Assembly (NCBI GenBank): GCA_046050355.1
Contig: JBJOPW010000005.1
Location: 2,503 to 66,502 of the forward strand
DNA length: 64,000 bases
Source: Candidatus Parcubacteria bacterium
GTDB taxonomy: Bacteria > Patescibacteriota > Minisyncoccia > Phycocordibacterales > UBA918
Reading direction: 5' to 3'
Shown: piece by piece, positions 9,605-19,753 of the stretch
How positions within the stretch are numbered: position 1 is the first letter of the stretch
How the letters are laid out: each line of letters opens with the position of its first letter
The notes under the pieces: model-generated
Seen by the model: only the letters and a program-made list of their open reading frames with translations
Databases searched by the model: none
Told to the model about the DNA's origin: nothing
Position numbers and translations under genes: made by a program

Positions 9605-11824
9605 CTACTGGCAGCCTACCTCAGGCGCACGACCGGCTTTGAGGTTGCCCGCGACACACTCGGCAGTAGGAGCAAAACTTGGTACCGCCTTTGCCCCTCT
9701 CGCCAATGTCTCAATTGCCTTATCATTCATGATTCGACGTCGTTCGGTATTAGTAGTTGATGCTTGTTGACTCAGTTGGTAGTACAAGTATGCCAAACTT
9801 GCCCACTGTTGCGCATTATCGGGAGTCTTAAGCACACGTTGTTCGTAGAGTGCAGCAAGTTGTTCGTATTGTTTTGCCTGGTTCAGTGCTGAAAAAACAA
9901 AATCACTGTTTATGAGACGATCTTTAAATTCGGGTGTTGTCGATGCAATAAGGGTCTCAGCTTGAGTTGATTCACCAGTAAACAACAACGCAGCATAATA
10001 ATATTCACGAGCTTCGTCATTTGTCTCATCAAGCTCAAAGGCGGTCTTGAAAAAATCACGAGCAGCCGCTGTATTACCAAGCGCGATTTCAACTGCGCCT
10101 TGCTGCAGGATTATTGCCTGTTTCTGTGGAGACAACGAACGAGCTATCGCCAGCTCAGCTTGTGCCTTATTTTGGTCTCCCGTAGCACGATAATAACTTG
10201 ATAAAAAGACATGGAGCCGAGCGTCACCTGGCTTTTTTACCACCATCTCCTTAAGTTCTCTTTCAGTAGTAGCAAGAAACTTGTCGCGCACGGCTGGATC
10301 AATCGATCCAGGATTCTGCGCAATGCCCATTGCTTGTTGCGCCAGCTGTTCGACAATCTCTTGTTCCGCAAAGGAATTGAGCGCTAGGATTTTTTCAAAG
10401 GTCGCCAAACGCTCAGCAATATCCTGGGTACGAAACGCATCAATAATACCTGAAGCTGCACGCATGCCGGGTACATTGACAACGTACACAACAACAATTG
10501 TCAGTACGAGCATCATCGGTGCGGCAATTTGTAGCACGAGTGGTTTTGGTATTGAACGCTTCATAAAGCCTCCCCAATCAACGCTATAGTAACTATGTAC
10601 AAGAGCTAAGAGGACCGCAAAGAAGATATAACTGATAATGTTGTCAAACACCACCAGGTTGTGCGTTAAGTACCCTACGGTGAGTCCAACCAGAATGCCT
10701 CGTTCGAGGACCGGAATCGTACTTTCTTGGCGCCAGGCGACAATAACCAGGTAATAAAAGAGTGCAGCAAAAATACTCCCATAGGCCAGAAGACCAATCA
10801 CCCCTCCCGCAATGAGCCAATCAAAGACAATATTGTGGACTCGATCAAACCACTGTTCTTGCCCATAGAGACGAGGATCATATTGTTCATTGAACACATA
10901 ATTAAAGTTACCGTTCCCCCACCCAAAGAATGGTCGCTCCTTTACTCCTTCGACTGACATTCCCCAAATGATTGAACGCACTCGGAGGTCATTACCAAGG
11001 TCAATATTCGCAATACGAGCTAGCGCTGGTGTGCTTTGGATATACGCTGAATCACGCACCGCAAAAAATCCAGCAAACACCGTGACCAGAACTACTGTCG
11101 CCATCACCGCATAACGACGAATCTGCGGGTTTTTGGTCGCAAAAAGCACCATATACGCTACCATCGACAAGGAACCGGTAGCTAACCCAATAGCTGTACC
11201 ACGCGTACCGGTCTGTAAGAGTACAAACACAAACAAAACGAGGAGTAGACCGTAAATAATACGGTACGGGAGTACTTTCGTACGAGCAAATAAGAGAGCG
11301 GTAATGAAGATATGAAAGAGCATATAGACAGCCATATATGCCGCGTTGCCGAGTGTACTATCAACACGGGTTGTCGTTCCCGATAGTTGCGACACCCCTT
11401 GCAGAGCTACCAAAGCGGCCACACCAACCGTCGTATTTAAGAAGTAGGTCCACACCGTACGACTCTTAAACATACCCGCCAACACAAAGAAATATAAGAA
11501 TACGTGCACGAGGGTTACGTATCCATCCATCCGTTCAAAATTACTCCATAGAGCCGTCGTTATATGTTCTGCTTGCAACGTAGCGATCAACATTACCCCG
11601 AGTAATCCGGCAAAAGTCGCAAGCAACCAAGAGAATCGTGGTCGGAAGGTTGTATCAAGGAGCGCTAATAGTACATACGCGCCTAACACAATTTCGACAA
11701 TGATACGAAACCAGAAATTTTTACCCGTAATGTATGGGAAAAAATTTTCGTTTGCGACATAGAGTGTTAAAAAAGGAACCGCAAACAAACCAATATAAAT
11801 AATGCCTTGCAAAATATCTTTCAT
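9605..11824 (-). CDS. O-antigen ligase/oligosaccharyltransferase-family membrane protein with C-terminal TPR repeats
   Basis: Many TM helices, STLGNAAY, TGTRG, RPFFGWGNGNF and FDRVHN (Wzy_C-like), plus a helical TPR-like tail. Confidence 0.85.
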   Translation of the reverse strand: MKDILQGIIYIGLFAVPFLTLYVANENFFPYITGKNFWFRIIVEIVLGAYVLLALLDTTFRPRFSWLLATFAGLLGVMLIATLQAEHITTALWSNFERMDGYVTLVHVFLYFFVLAGMFKSRTVWTYFLNTTVGVAALVALQGVSQLSGTTTRVDSTLGNAAYMAVYMLFHIFITALLFARTKVLPYRIIYGLLLVLFVFVLLQTGTRGTAIGLATGSLSMVAYMVLFATKNPQIRRYAVMATVVLVTVFAGFFAVRDSAYIQSTPALARIANIDLGNDLRVRSIIWGMSVEGVKERPFFGWGNGNFNYVFNEQYDPRLYGQEQWFDRVHNIVFDWLIAGGVIGLLAYGSIFAALFYYLVIVAWRQESTIPVLERGILVGLTVGYLTHNLVVFDNIISYIFFAVLLALVHSYYSVDWGGFMKRSIPKPLVLQIAAPMMLVLTIVVVYVVNVPGMRAASGIIDAFRTQDIAERLATFEKILALNSFAEQEIVEQLAQQAMGIAQNPGSIDPAVRDKFLATTERELKEMVVKKPGDARLHVFLSSYYRATGDQNKAQAELAIARSLSPQKQAIILQQGAVEIALGNTAAARDFFKTAFELDETNDEAREYYYAALLFTGESTQAETLIASTTPEFKDRLINSDFVFSALNQAKQYEQLAALYEQRVLKTPDNAQQWASLAYLYYQLSQQASTTNTERRRIMNDKAIETLARGAKAVPSFAPTAECVAGNLKAGRAPEVGCQ

Positions 11825-11982
11825 ATGGCTATTACTATACCATAGGCAAAATTGGGCCGGTCTCTAGACGAAATACCATTCCTAATGTGTTGCATCAGCC
11901 TCCCTGAGCCGATATCGGAACACAGGACTCATTGTAGTCTTTATAGACTCTACTAAGAAACTTGCTGTTTCAGTGGTAATCA

Positions 11983-12810
11983 CTAGCGCAATTCCCAAAA
12001 TGCCACCATATCGCGTCCCAGCAGATGGGACAAGCGATCAGTAGCTGGGTACATACTTTGTAAGAACAGCGTACGCTCCGCTTCGGTAAGTAATGTCGAG
12101 AGATCGGGGTCATCATCAAACAATGGACCAACTGGACGCACGGTTAATTTTTTGTAGATTTTTTTGCTCCGCATGATGGCGCGCTTGATAAGCCCTGGAT
12201 GCTTCGGGGGTTCTGGTGGAGGTGCCAGATGTCGCAGACTTTTTGGTATAAAGTTTTTATCAACTTCTAGATAGGCGTACAGTTCTGATATGGTTTTAAG
12301 TGGGTCAGCTACCAAATCTTCATAAACAACTACATGTAGATTAACGGGTGCATAATACTCATAATAGTGAGCAAGGTGGTCGGCATAACAACTTTCAAGC
12401 TGTAGCGCTGGCTCTGCCGATAAGTAGGCAGCCGCATTCAGTGTTTGGGCTTTTTTGTCAATTTTTTGCCGTGCGATATAGGCTGCTAAAGCACGCTTGA
12501 GTGGGTGTCGCACCACTACAAACAGTTTAGTGTTACTGTAACTCGAAGCAATCCGATTTGGTGTCTCACTACTCACCAAGTAGCCAGCCGAGACATCACC
12601 ACAAAGACGGCCAGATTGACTGTGTCCATGACTGACGGTAGCTTCATACCAATCTAGTCCTTTCTTCGTATACACTTCAGTGTTAAAGAAATTAACCGCT
12701 GGTATAGTATCGGCAACGGCTTCATGTTCAGAGAGCCACTTGGTAATCTGTGTCAGTCCAGCGTGTGATGCACCAATCCCAATAAAAGATGGTCCTTGTC
12801 GCATTTTCAT
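11983..12810 (-). CDS. Sulfotransferase-family protein (degenerate PAPS motif)
   Basis: FIGIGA..., KGLDWYE, VVVRHPLKRALAAY and VVVYEDLVADP motifs. Confidence 0.7.
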   Translation of the reverse strand: MKMRQGPSFIGIGASHAGLTQITKWLSEHEAVADTIPAVNFFNTEVYTKKGLDWYEATVSHGHSQSGRLCGDVSAGYLVSSETPNRIASSYSNTKLFVVVRHPLKRALAAYIARQKIDKKAQTLNAAAYLSAEPALQLESCYADHLAHYYEYYAPVNLHVVVYEDLVADPLKTISELYAYLEVDKNFIPKSLRHLAPPPEPPKHPGLIKRAIMRSKKIYKKLTVRPVGPLFDDDPDLSTLLTEAERTLFLQSMYPATDRLSHLLGRDMVAFWELR

Positions 12811-12836
12811 AATGATATATCTAGTGTAGCACGAAT

Positions 12837-14123
12837 TTAATTGGCTTCGTAAAATAGTGCCCGCTCAATACTCCCACGATATTCATCCACATAAGATCGT
12901 TCACTTTGTTCTAAGTTTTTCATGAGCGCAGTGCGACTCCGTTCTCGTAATTGCAGACGACCACCGTTATCATTAAGCAAACGGCCAAGGAGTTCACTAA
13001 TCCGTGGTGAATGAGCTTCCGAAACAAGATATGCCGATTCTCCATCAACAAAAATGTCTTCACGGAGTGGTGTCGTGCTCATAATAGTGGGGACACCAGC
13101 CGCTGCGCCATACAGCACAATCTCATCAGCAAGACTATTAGTATCGATTACCAACAATGCATCAGCGCTGCCCATGTATGCTTGAATATCAATCGCACGT
13201 CGCTCAATAATCACCTGATCTTTGATCCCCAGCAGCGCCGCCCGTCGCTCACACTCTATTACTCCCCGTCCGCTACCGATCATCAAAAACCCAACTCGTG
13301 GATTTCGTAAAATGGACCGAGCAGCATCAATAGCACTAAAAGCATTTGTGGTGGTTTGCAAATCCCCCACGTACAAAATTATGAAATTAAATTGCGGATA
13401 CTTCGTTTTTAAAAAGGTACTCTGTTGCCCAGTAAAATCACTGAGGTACCCACGATACCGGGGTAATACAGCAATATCATAACCATCACCCAATCGCTGG
13501 TTATAAGCTGACGCTGCTTCGTCAGTAGTTACCCGAATACTTGGAAACTGTCTTATTAACCAGGAATCAAACCACCGCTCCCACCGAGCACTTGATTGAT
13601 AATAGCGCTCAGGGATATGCAGCTGGATCGATCGCCTATAAAACCTACCTACTCCGTAAGCACAAAAGGCACTGACGCCAACCTCGCGCGCAATCACAAT
13701 ATCAGGACGAAAACCATCAGCAAAAGTTAACTCTTTGGCCATCATTGACCACGCGACAAAAGGCAACTGCCAGCGGTGTTTGGCGGTGACTGTATACAAC
13801 CAGGTGTTCGTGTCAACCCGTAAAATTGGATGCCTCGCTGCGATACCAGTGCGCAACACGATAATATGCACCTCATGGAACAAACGAGCTATCGCCGTAA
13901 ATCCATCAAGAGATTTGGTGGCTTGATTTAGCATATTCGTATCTGTCGTAATAAAGAGCACTCGCGTTTTTGTTCGAGCACTGTCAGTTTCAACAATCGG
14001 AGTACTCCTCGCTTCGGCGACTGAGACCAGTGGTTCGGTAGCAGTCGCACGCTTTTCCTTACTCGTACGGAGAATCGATTCAAGTGATTGTTGCGCGTCT
14101 TCTATATAATTACCGTCGGCCAT
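12837..14123 (-). CDS. Glycosyltransferase, GT4-like, divergent
   Basis: GT-B features (ILYVGDL, AAAGVPTI, VDGESAYLV). Start set at MADGNY, 9 nt after a TATACT box. Confidence 0.7.
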   Translation of the reverse strand: MADGNYIEDAQQSLESILRTSKEKRATATEPLVSVAEARSTPIVETDSARTKTRVLFITTDTNMLNQATKSLDGFTAIARLFHEVHIIVLRTGIAARHPILRVDTNTWLYTVTAKHRWQLPFVAWSMMAKELTFADGFRPDIVIAREVGVSAFCAYGVGRFYRRSIQLHIPERYYQSSARWERWFDSWLIRQFPSIRVTTDEAASAYNQRLGDGYDIAVLPRYRGYLSDFTGQQSTFLKTKYPQFNFIILYVGDLQTTTNAFSAIDAARSILRNPRVGFLMIGSGRGVIECERRAALLGIKDQVIIERRAIDIQAYMGSADALLVIDTNSLADEIVLYGAAAGVPTIMSTTPLREDIFVDGESAYLVSEAHSPRISELLGRLLNDNGGRLQLRERSRTALMKNLEQSERSYVDEYRGSIERALFYEAN

Positions 14124-14272
14124 ACTGCCATTAGTATACGTTGTTTGTAGGAGAATAATGCTCATGACTGTGGAGCAACCACAATATTGATGTCTCAAAA
14201 TACCGGTACCTTCACTAGGCAAACTAATAGTTGCCCGTGACGGGTGTTATGAGAGTAACGAGCAATAATTGA

Positions 14273-15136
14273 CTATGCGCCGTATATACCAGCTACTAGA
14301 TCAAGATCTTTTTTACTCGCTCGTAACAGCGTGGTGTTTTTTGTCTCAATCGCCGTCAGCATCGCCTGACCAGAAATATCATGTGGTACCGTAGACTCAT
14401 ACCAGTCGGCAAAGGCGGCCCAGTCTTTCGGAAAACAATGACCACCTGCACCACGTCCTGGCAAACTACCGGCATGTCCACTTTGACTGACCACCTCCAT
14501 ATGACTGGAGCCAATACGCGGATCAGCCTTCATAGCATTAACTATCGTTGCGTAGTCGGCCTCGACCGCTTGCGCAGCATCAAAGATGATATTCATGAAC
14601 ACCACTTTAAGCGCCAAGAAATTATTCCCCGCATACTTAATCAGTTCCGCTTCATTGGAACCAGTGATGCATGTATACGGACTTTTTGGCAACAGCGCGA
14701 CCACTCGTTGTGCAGCAGCTTCATGGGCGTTGTCTTGAACCGGTAGACCAATGATCGTCCGTGGTGGCATTACCGTATCTTCGCGTGCACTTTTTTCTCG
14801 CAAAAACTCAGGGCTATGCAGCACGATGATTTGTGGGAACAGCGCTTGCAGCCGCTTGGTCGTACCTGGCAGAATTGTCGATTTGATCACTGCCACCCGT
14901 CCCACCCCTACCAAAGGGAGCACTGATTCCAAAATCGAAACATCAAATCCACTGGGAGTGGTAGGTGTTGGTACCGCAATAAAGACGACATCACAAGTAG
15001 CGATACTATCTTTATGCTGAGCATACTCTGGCTCAAGCGCATAGCGCACTACAAAAAAGCCTCGACTCTCAAAGTCATCAGCTAGATGACGTCCAATAAA
15101 ACCTTGACCAATAAAGCCGATTCGTGTTGTTTGCAT
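14273..15136 (-). CDS. UDP-glucose/GDP-mannose dehydrogenase family, short form lacking the C-terminal domain
   Basis: GFIGQGFIG, FIAVPTP, IKSTILPG, SPEFLRE and catalytic GGHCFPKD motifs. Confidence 0.88.
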   Translation of the reverse strand: MQTTRIGFIGQGFIGRHLADDFESRGFFVVRYALEPEYAQHKDSIATCDVVFIAVPTPTTPSGFDVSILESVLPLVGVGRVAVIKSTILPGTTKRLQALFPQIIVLHSPEFLREKSAREDTVMPPRTIIGLPVQDNAHEAAAQRVVALLPKSPYTCITGSNEAELIKYAGNNFLALKVVFMNIIFDAAQAVEADYATIVNAMKADPRIGSSHMEVVSQSGHAGSLPGRGAGGHCFPKDWAAFADWYESTVPHDISGQAMLTAIETKNTTLLRASKKDLDLVAGIYGA

Positions 15137-15175
15137 ATTTGTGTAACCACTACAACTACGAATCGCCGGACTTGG

Positions 15176-16036
15176 TTATTTTTTCTTAAAGATAGCGATG
15201 AATTCTGGATACAAGTTAAGACCGAGTAGCGCATTGACCTGATACCCAAGCCATCGCCACCAATGCTGCTTTTTGAATTGTTGCTTGTATGGATATACGT
15301 ACTCAAATGACTCTAGCGTAAAACCGGCTTTTTCTAGGGTTTTGATTGAACGGTAATTCCAATAGTTTAAGTGTCCACCAGGTTCTTGGTAGATATAACG
15401 TGGCACTTTATGATTCCACCCGAGCATCAGGGCTACTTTATATTTGAGGTAGGCCCAGCGAGCATTCGGCAACTTGAGGAGTAAGCGTCCATCTGGAGTT
15501 AAGGCATTATGGATATGTGCTAACGCATCCCAAAACTTATGTACATGCTCAAGTACATCAAACATACAAATGAGATTGAATTGCCGACCAGGTTTGTAGG
15601 TCTCAATATTTTCGATATCTCCACCATACCCAAAATACTCTTCGGTCATAGCCTGATACATCTTATCTACTTCAAGAATACGTAGATTTTCGGCTTTGGC
15701 ACCGCGCTTCTCTAACTCATTAAGAAAGAAACCACCACTGGCACCCACATCAAGGGCACTCATAGCTTGACCATACCAAACCATCGCTCGATCAGCATAC
15801 TGCTCGTAGAGCTTCTTTTTGACGTGATTATCTTTAGGATACTTTATTTTTAATTTTGCAAGCGCTGCTGGATCAACCGAAGCATGAGTAATCAGTTGAA
15901 AACTGGCTTGTTGTCGTTCGCGCTCAGGCACGGCGACAAAAAAATAACCACAAGCCTGACATTTATTCATATTGTGTGTCAATACCGACACGCGAGGTGA
16001 CTGGCAAGACAGACAGGTGACTGTTTGATTTTCCAT
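15176..16036 (-). CDS. SAM-dependent methyltransferase with N-terminal Zn ribbon
   Basis: CLSC...CQAC, LDVGASGG and FDVLEHV motifs. Confidence 0.85.
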   Translation of the reverse strand: MENQTVTCLSCQSPRVSVLTHNMNKCQACGYFFVAVPERERQQASFQLITHASVDPAALAKLKIKYPKDNHVKKKLYEQYADRAMVWYGQAMSALDVGASGGFFLNELEKRGAKAENLRILEVDKMYQAMTEEYFGYGGDIENIETYKPGRQFNLICMFDVLEHVHKFWDALAHIHNALTPDGRLLLKLPNARWAYLKYKVALMLGWNHKVPRYIYQEPGGHLNYWNYRSIKTLEKAGFTLESFEYVYPYKQQFKKQHWWRWLGYQVNALLGLNLYPEFIAIFKKK

Positions 16037-16126
16037 ACTGCACTAGTATACACCCCCAAAATCAAAAAAGAACAGCTGGTACCATATCGGCTTTTATCGG
16101 AGTTTGATACTATATACCAGTTATCT

Positions 16127-17392
16127 ATGTGGTCATCGTTTATTTCTGCCATTGAACAACGCAGTCGTCTCTCACTACGCTCTCATCTTCCGAGTACGCT
16201 CTGGCTATTTGGTGGTCAGATCATTGGCAGTGTTGGTAGCCTGGTGCTTACCGTACTATTAGCCAATTATCTGACAGAAAATGACTTTGGTACCTACAAA
16301 TACCTCCTTACTATTTTTGGTTTTATTAGTGTGATTGCCCTCACTGGCTTTGCTACCTCGATCACTCGATCGGTTGCTCATGGGTTTGAGGGGGAGCTCA
16401 AGGCCGGCATCAAAACCTCGCTCCGTTATAGCGTTGGCATGATTGCCTTAGGGCTAGTCATCAGTGGCTATTACGTATGGCAAGGGAACCTCATTATTGG
16501 TCTCGGGAGTCTAGTGGCTACACTCACTGCCCCACTCCTAAACGCACTGCCCTTGTATACCGCCCTCATCAATGGTCGCCACGACCACAAAAACTACAGT
16601 ATCGTGGGTGTGCTCATTAATGTGGTGCCGGTACTTGCGTCGCTGGTCGCTCTCTATTTCACCACCGCTATACTTGCCCTCTTTACTGTCTATATGGTCA
16701 GCCAAGTAGTGCTTCATATCGTGCTTTATTATGTGGTGATATATCACTACCAACCAAACGACAAACGCGACCATCATTCAACGAGTTACGGCAAGCATTT
16801 AAGTCTTATGAACATCCTTGGCGGTATCTCATATCAGCTCGATAAGGTAGTAATCTGGCATGTGCTTGGCCCAGTGCAACTGGCGGTATACACGATAGCC
16901 ATTGCTCCCGCTCAACAGTTACGGTATCTCAACAAGATCCTGACTACCATTACCCTCCCCCGCTTTAGTCAACGAACGCTCGCGCACCTGCAAGCCACCA
17001 TGATCCCAAAGCTCCTGGCGCTCCTCGTCGTCTCAGCTGGCATTGTCCTTGGCTACGTCCTTATTGCCCCATACCTCTTCACCTATTTTGTCCCGACCTA
17101 CACCGAAGCCATTATCTACTCACAGGTATTCGCCTTTTTGATTCTCTTCTTCCCCGCTGGTCTCTTGCAGGAGGCCATCAAAGCACACGCTGATACCAAA
17201 GCGCTCTATATTATCCAAACAGTTATCCCTAGCCTCAAGATTATCCTCCTCCTCGTACTGACCCCGCTCTTTGGCATCTTCGGCGTACTGGCGGCTATGT
17301 TCATCTGCGAAATAACCCGGCTAGTCATTGTCCTCTGGTATTTCTACCGGCCACTAGGCGGCACCGGTGTAAAGGCGGAGCACATAGCCTGA
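16127..17392 (+). CDS. Polysaccharide flippase (Wzx-like)
   Basis: About 12 TM helices, LANYLTENDFGTY and DKVVIWHVLGPVQLAVY. ATG 16127 was chosen to avoid overlap with the divergent gene. Confidence 0.85.
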   Translation: MWSSFISAIEQRSRLSLRSHLPSTLWLFGGQIIGSVGSLVLTVLLANYLTENDFGTYKYLLTIFGFISVIALTGFATSITRSVAHGFEGELKAGIKTSLRYSVGMIALGLVISGYYVWQGNLIIGLGSLVATLTAPLLNALPLYTALINGRHDHKNYSIVGVLINVVPVLASLVALYFTTAILALFTVYMVSQVVLHIVLYYVVIYHYQPNDKRDHHSTSYGKHLSLMNILGGISYQLDKVVIWHVLGPVQLAVYTIAIAPAQQLRYLNKILTTITLPRFSQRTLAHLQATMIPKLLALLVVSAGIVLGYVLIAPYLFTYFVPTYTEAIIYSQVFAFLILFFPAGLLQEAIKAHADTKALYIIQTVIPSLKIILLLVLTPLFGIFGVLAAMFICEITRLVIVLWYFYRPLGGTGVKAEHIA

Positions 17393-18262
17393 ACCGGGAA
17401 GCAACACAAAGAAAAACCATAAGGCATGCTTGAGCGACCAGTCGTACTGCATGGCCTGCCACGCATAGACGATCGCCTCTCGTTTTTTCCGCATTAATAA
17501 TAGTCCGATTGAAACACCATAGGACAATGCCCCAAACCGGTACGGTGCATTTTGTTTGAGATCTACCGCAAAATCAGCAAGGTAGCGTATCAAGTGAGGC
17601 ACCCGTTCAATCGAACGATTTGGCTTAAAAACCTTGCGATCTAACGTCAGCGAGACACCGTCTGATTCTAAATATACATCACCGAGTTCCTCCGATAGAT
17701 GGTACCAACATGTTTGTTTGGCTAGGTACCCATTAACCATAAAATCAATATTGCGGGCTTGGTAGCGCACAGTCGCAAAAAATTCCCGACGCACAACACG
17801 CACTTTTTCGTTATTGGGGACGTACTTAGAGATAATCTGCCCGAGTGTTAGATAACCAGCTGCTCGACTCGGATACGGCACAATCTCACCTCGCAGTAAT
17901 TGCCGACATGGTGCGGACACAACTCCCACGTCACTATGCTCTTGAAATATTTTCATCGCGACAGCTATAGCCTGCGGATAGAGCACATCGTCACTATCCC
18001 ACACCATAATAAAATCGCCCGTCGCGGCATCGAGACCCTTATTACGGGCAACGGTAGCACCTGCATTTTTTTTGAGCACTATGACATGTACTCGCTTGTC
18101 ACTACTGTTAATACCTGCTACTACTCGGTGTGTCTCGTCCGTAGACCCATCGTCAACGATGATTACTTCTAGATCACTCCAGGTTTGCGTCAGAACACTT
18201 TCTACAGAACGCAGCAGTGTTGATGCGCGATTATAGGTAGCAATAACAACACTAACTTTCAT
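17354..18262 (-). CDS. Glycosyltransferase family 2
   Basis: VSVVIATYNR, IIVDDGSTD, ARNKGL and DSDD motifs. Confidence 0.92.
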   Translation of the reverse strand: MKVSVVIATYNRASTLLRSVESVLTQTWSDLEVIIVDDGSTDETHRVVAGINSSDKRVHVIVLKKNAGATVARNKGLDAATGDFIMVWDSDDVLYPQAIAVAMKIFQEHSDVGVVSAPCRQLLRGEIVPYPSRAAGYLTLGQIISKYVPNNEKVRVVRREFFATVRYQARNIDFMVNGYLAKQTCWYHLSEELGDVYLESDGVSLTLDRKVFKPNRSIERVPHLIRYLADFAVDLKQNAPYRFGALSYGVSIGLLLMRKKREAIVYAWQAMQYDWSLKHALWFFFVLLPGSGYVLRLYTGAA

Positions 18263-18263
18263 G

Positions 18264-18926
18264 CTATTTTACCCGCAGTAGTACAAATACACTACTGGAG
18301 TGACGCTTCAAACCAAAACCGGTGACCATCGCTGCAATAAACGCCTGCTTCAGTTTCTTTACTAATCGAGTCTCCCCTCGGTATTGAATTGGATATTGGT
18401 AAATGACACGTTCAATTTCGTAAGTTCCCGCCTTTTCATGTCCGGTGAAGAAATCTACGATTTCAAGATACGAGAAATACCACTTATGGCGATCAACTGG
18501 TTTCTCGAGTGGCAGACCATAAAATTTGCCCGTACGATGGGTCTTATAAATCTTGTTCAAACGGTGGTACGAAATTGAGTTAGGAATAGAGATAATCATA
18601 TATTTCTTCGTCACTCGTTGAATATCATGAAATACCTCGTGGAGATTATCGATATGTTCGAGCACCTCGGTACAGATTGAAAGTTCATAACTCTTATCAG
18701 GTAAAAAACGCAGACTCTCTTTTTCAAGGTCAACCATTCTATCCGGCTTCCCACCAATATCAATACCAAAAACTTTGTCACCGTACACTTGTTTTAAGAA
18801 ATTATCATCACACCCGACATCAAGAATCGAGGTGGACTCGCGAATCTCCTTGTCGAAATGTCGTTTAAGAAATTCATACCGGTCAGCTCGGTTTTTGATG
18901 GCAGTAGTATCGTGGACAATGTTCAT
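18264..18926 (-). CDS. Class I SAM-dependent methyltransferase
   Basis: ILDVGC and EVLEHI motifs. Confidence 0.85.
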   Translation of the reverse strand: MNIVHDTTAIKNRADRYEFLKRHFDKEIRESTSILDVGCDDNFLKQVYGDKVFGIDIGGKPDRMVDLEKESLRFLPDKSYELSICTEVLEHIDNLHEVFHDIQRVTKKYMIISIPNSISYHRLNKIYKTHRTGKFYGLPLEKPVDRHKWYFSYLEIVDFFTGHEKAGTYEIERVIYQYPIQYRGETRLVKKLKQAFIAAMVTGFGLKRHSSSVFVLLRVK

Positions 18927-18936
18927 AGGAATAAAA

Positions 18937-19752
18937 TTATTTGTTGCGCTTCACAATAATATAGGCCGTGGCCAGAAAAGGCAAAAACCAATCAACTTTA
19001 AAACTCACAAAGAGCGACAAACGATACAACGTTGGTAAACGCTGGCGAATCGTCCCAATACCTAAAATTCGTTCAGGTAAAGTTATCCAGCACCAATGTG
19101 TAAGAAAGCTAGCCAATCCCCCCACCCGATAATACAGAGTCTCCTCATTGGCCTTGCCAAACAACTGCTTGAGGCGACGTTTATTATACTGTCGGAATCC
19201 ATGCCAAAAATACAAAAACAGGGTTGGAAACATCGGCACCACATGGATTTGTACACCTCCGCGTGTAACCAGTTGGTGCGCTACCGCTACGGCCGCCCTA
19301 TCATCAACGACATGCTCAAGTACTGTCATACTAATAACAAGATCGTATTTTTTGTCAGTGATCATGGTCGTCACATCACCTACAATCAACGTCGAATTGA
19401 AAGCCGGATGCGCAGCGTTGTACGCTGCCTCCTGCACCATATCAATACCCGTATAAGAACCACTGTATCCGTGTGAGGCTAGCACATCACGCACATACCC
19501 AGTGCCACAACCAATATCGAATACCTCGATTGTCTTCTGCGGGAGAGCCTGTACTAAAACCCGAGAGAATACCCGATCTAGGAGCTGTCTCGTCGGTGAT
19601 TCAGTATTGACCTCAGCCAACGTGAAGCGTGGTGCGACATGGGTACTTTTAAGTGACGTCGTATAGCCCCAAATACCGCGAGGGATATTTAATGCTAGAT
19701 ACTGCAATTTTTGGGTAAAGGTGAGACGAACATCACCACAAATTTCCTTCAT
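18937..19752 (-). CDS. Class I SAM-dependent methyltransferase
   Basis: FDIGCGTG and YDLVISMTVLEHV motifs. Confidence 0.85.
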   Translation of the reverse strand: MKEICGDVRLTFTQKLQYLALNIPRGIWGYTTSLKSTHVAPRFTLAEVNTESPTRQLLDRVFSRVLVQALPQKTIEVFDIGCGTGYVRDVLASHGYSGSYTGIDMVQEAAYNAAHPAFNSTLIVGDVTTMITDKKYDLVISMTVLEHVVDDRAAVAVAHQLVTRGGVQIHVVPMFPTLFLYFWHGFRQYNKRRLKQLFGKANEETLYYRVGGLASFLTHWCWITLPERILGIGTIRQRLPTLYRLSLFVSFKVDWFLPFLATAYIIVKRNK

Positions 19753-19753
19753 A

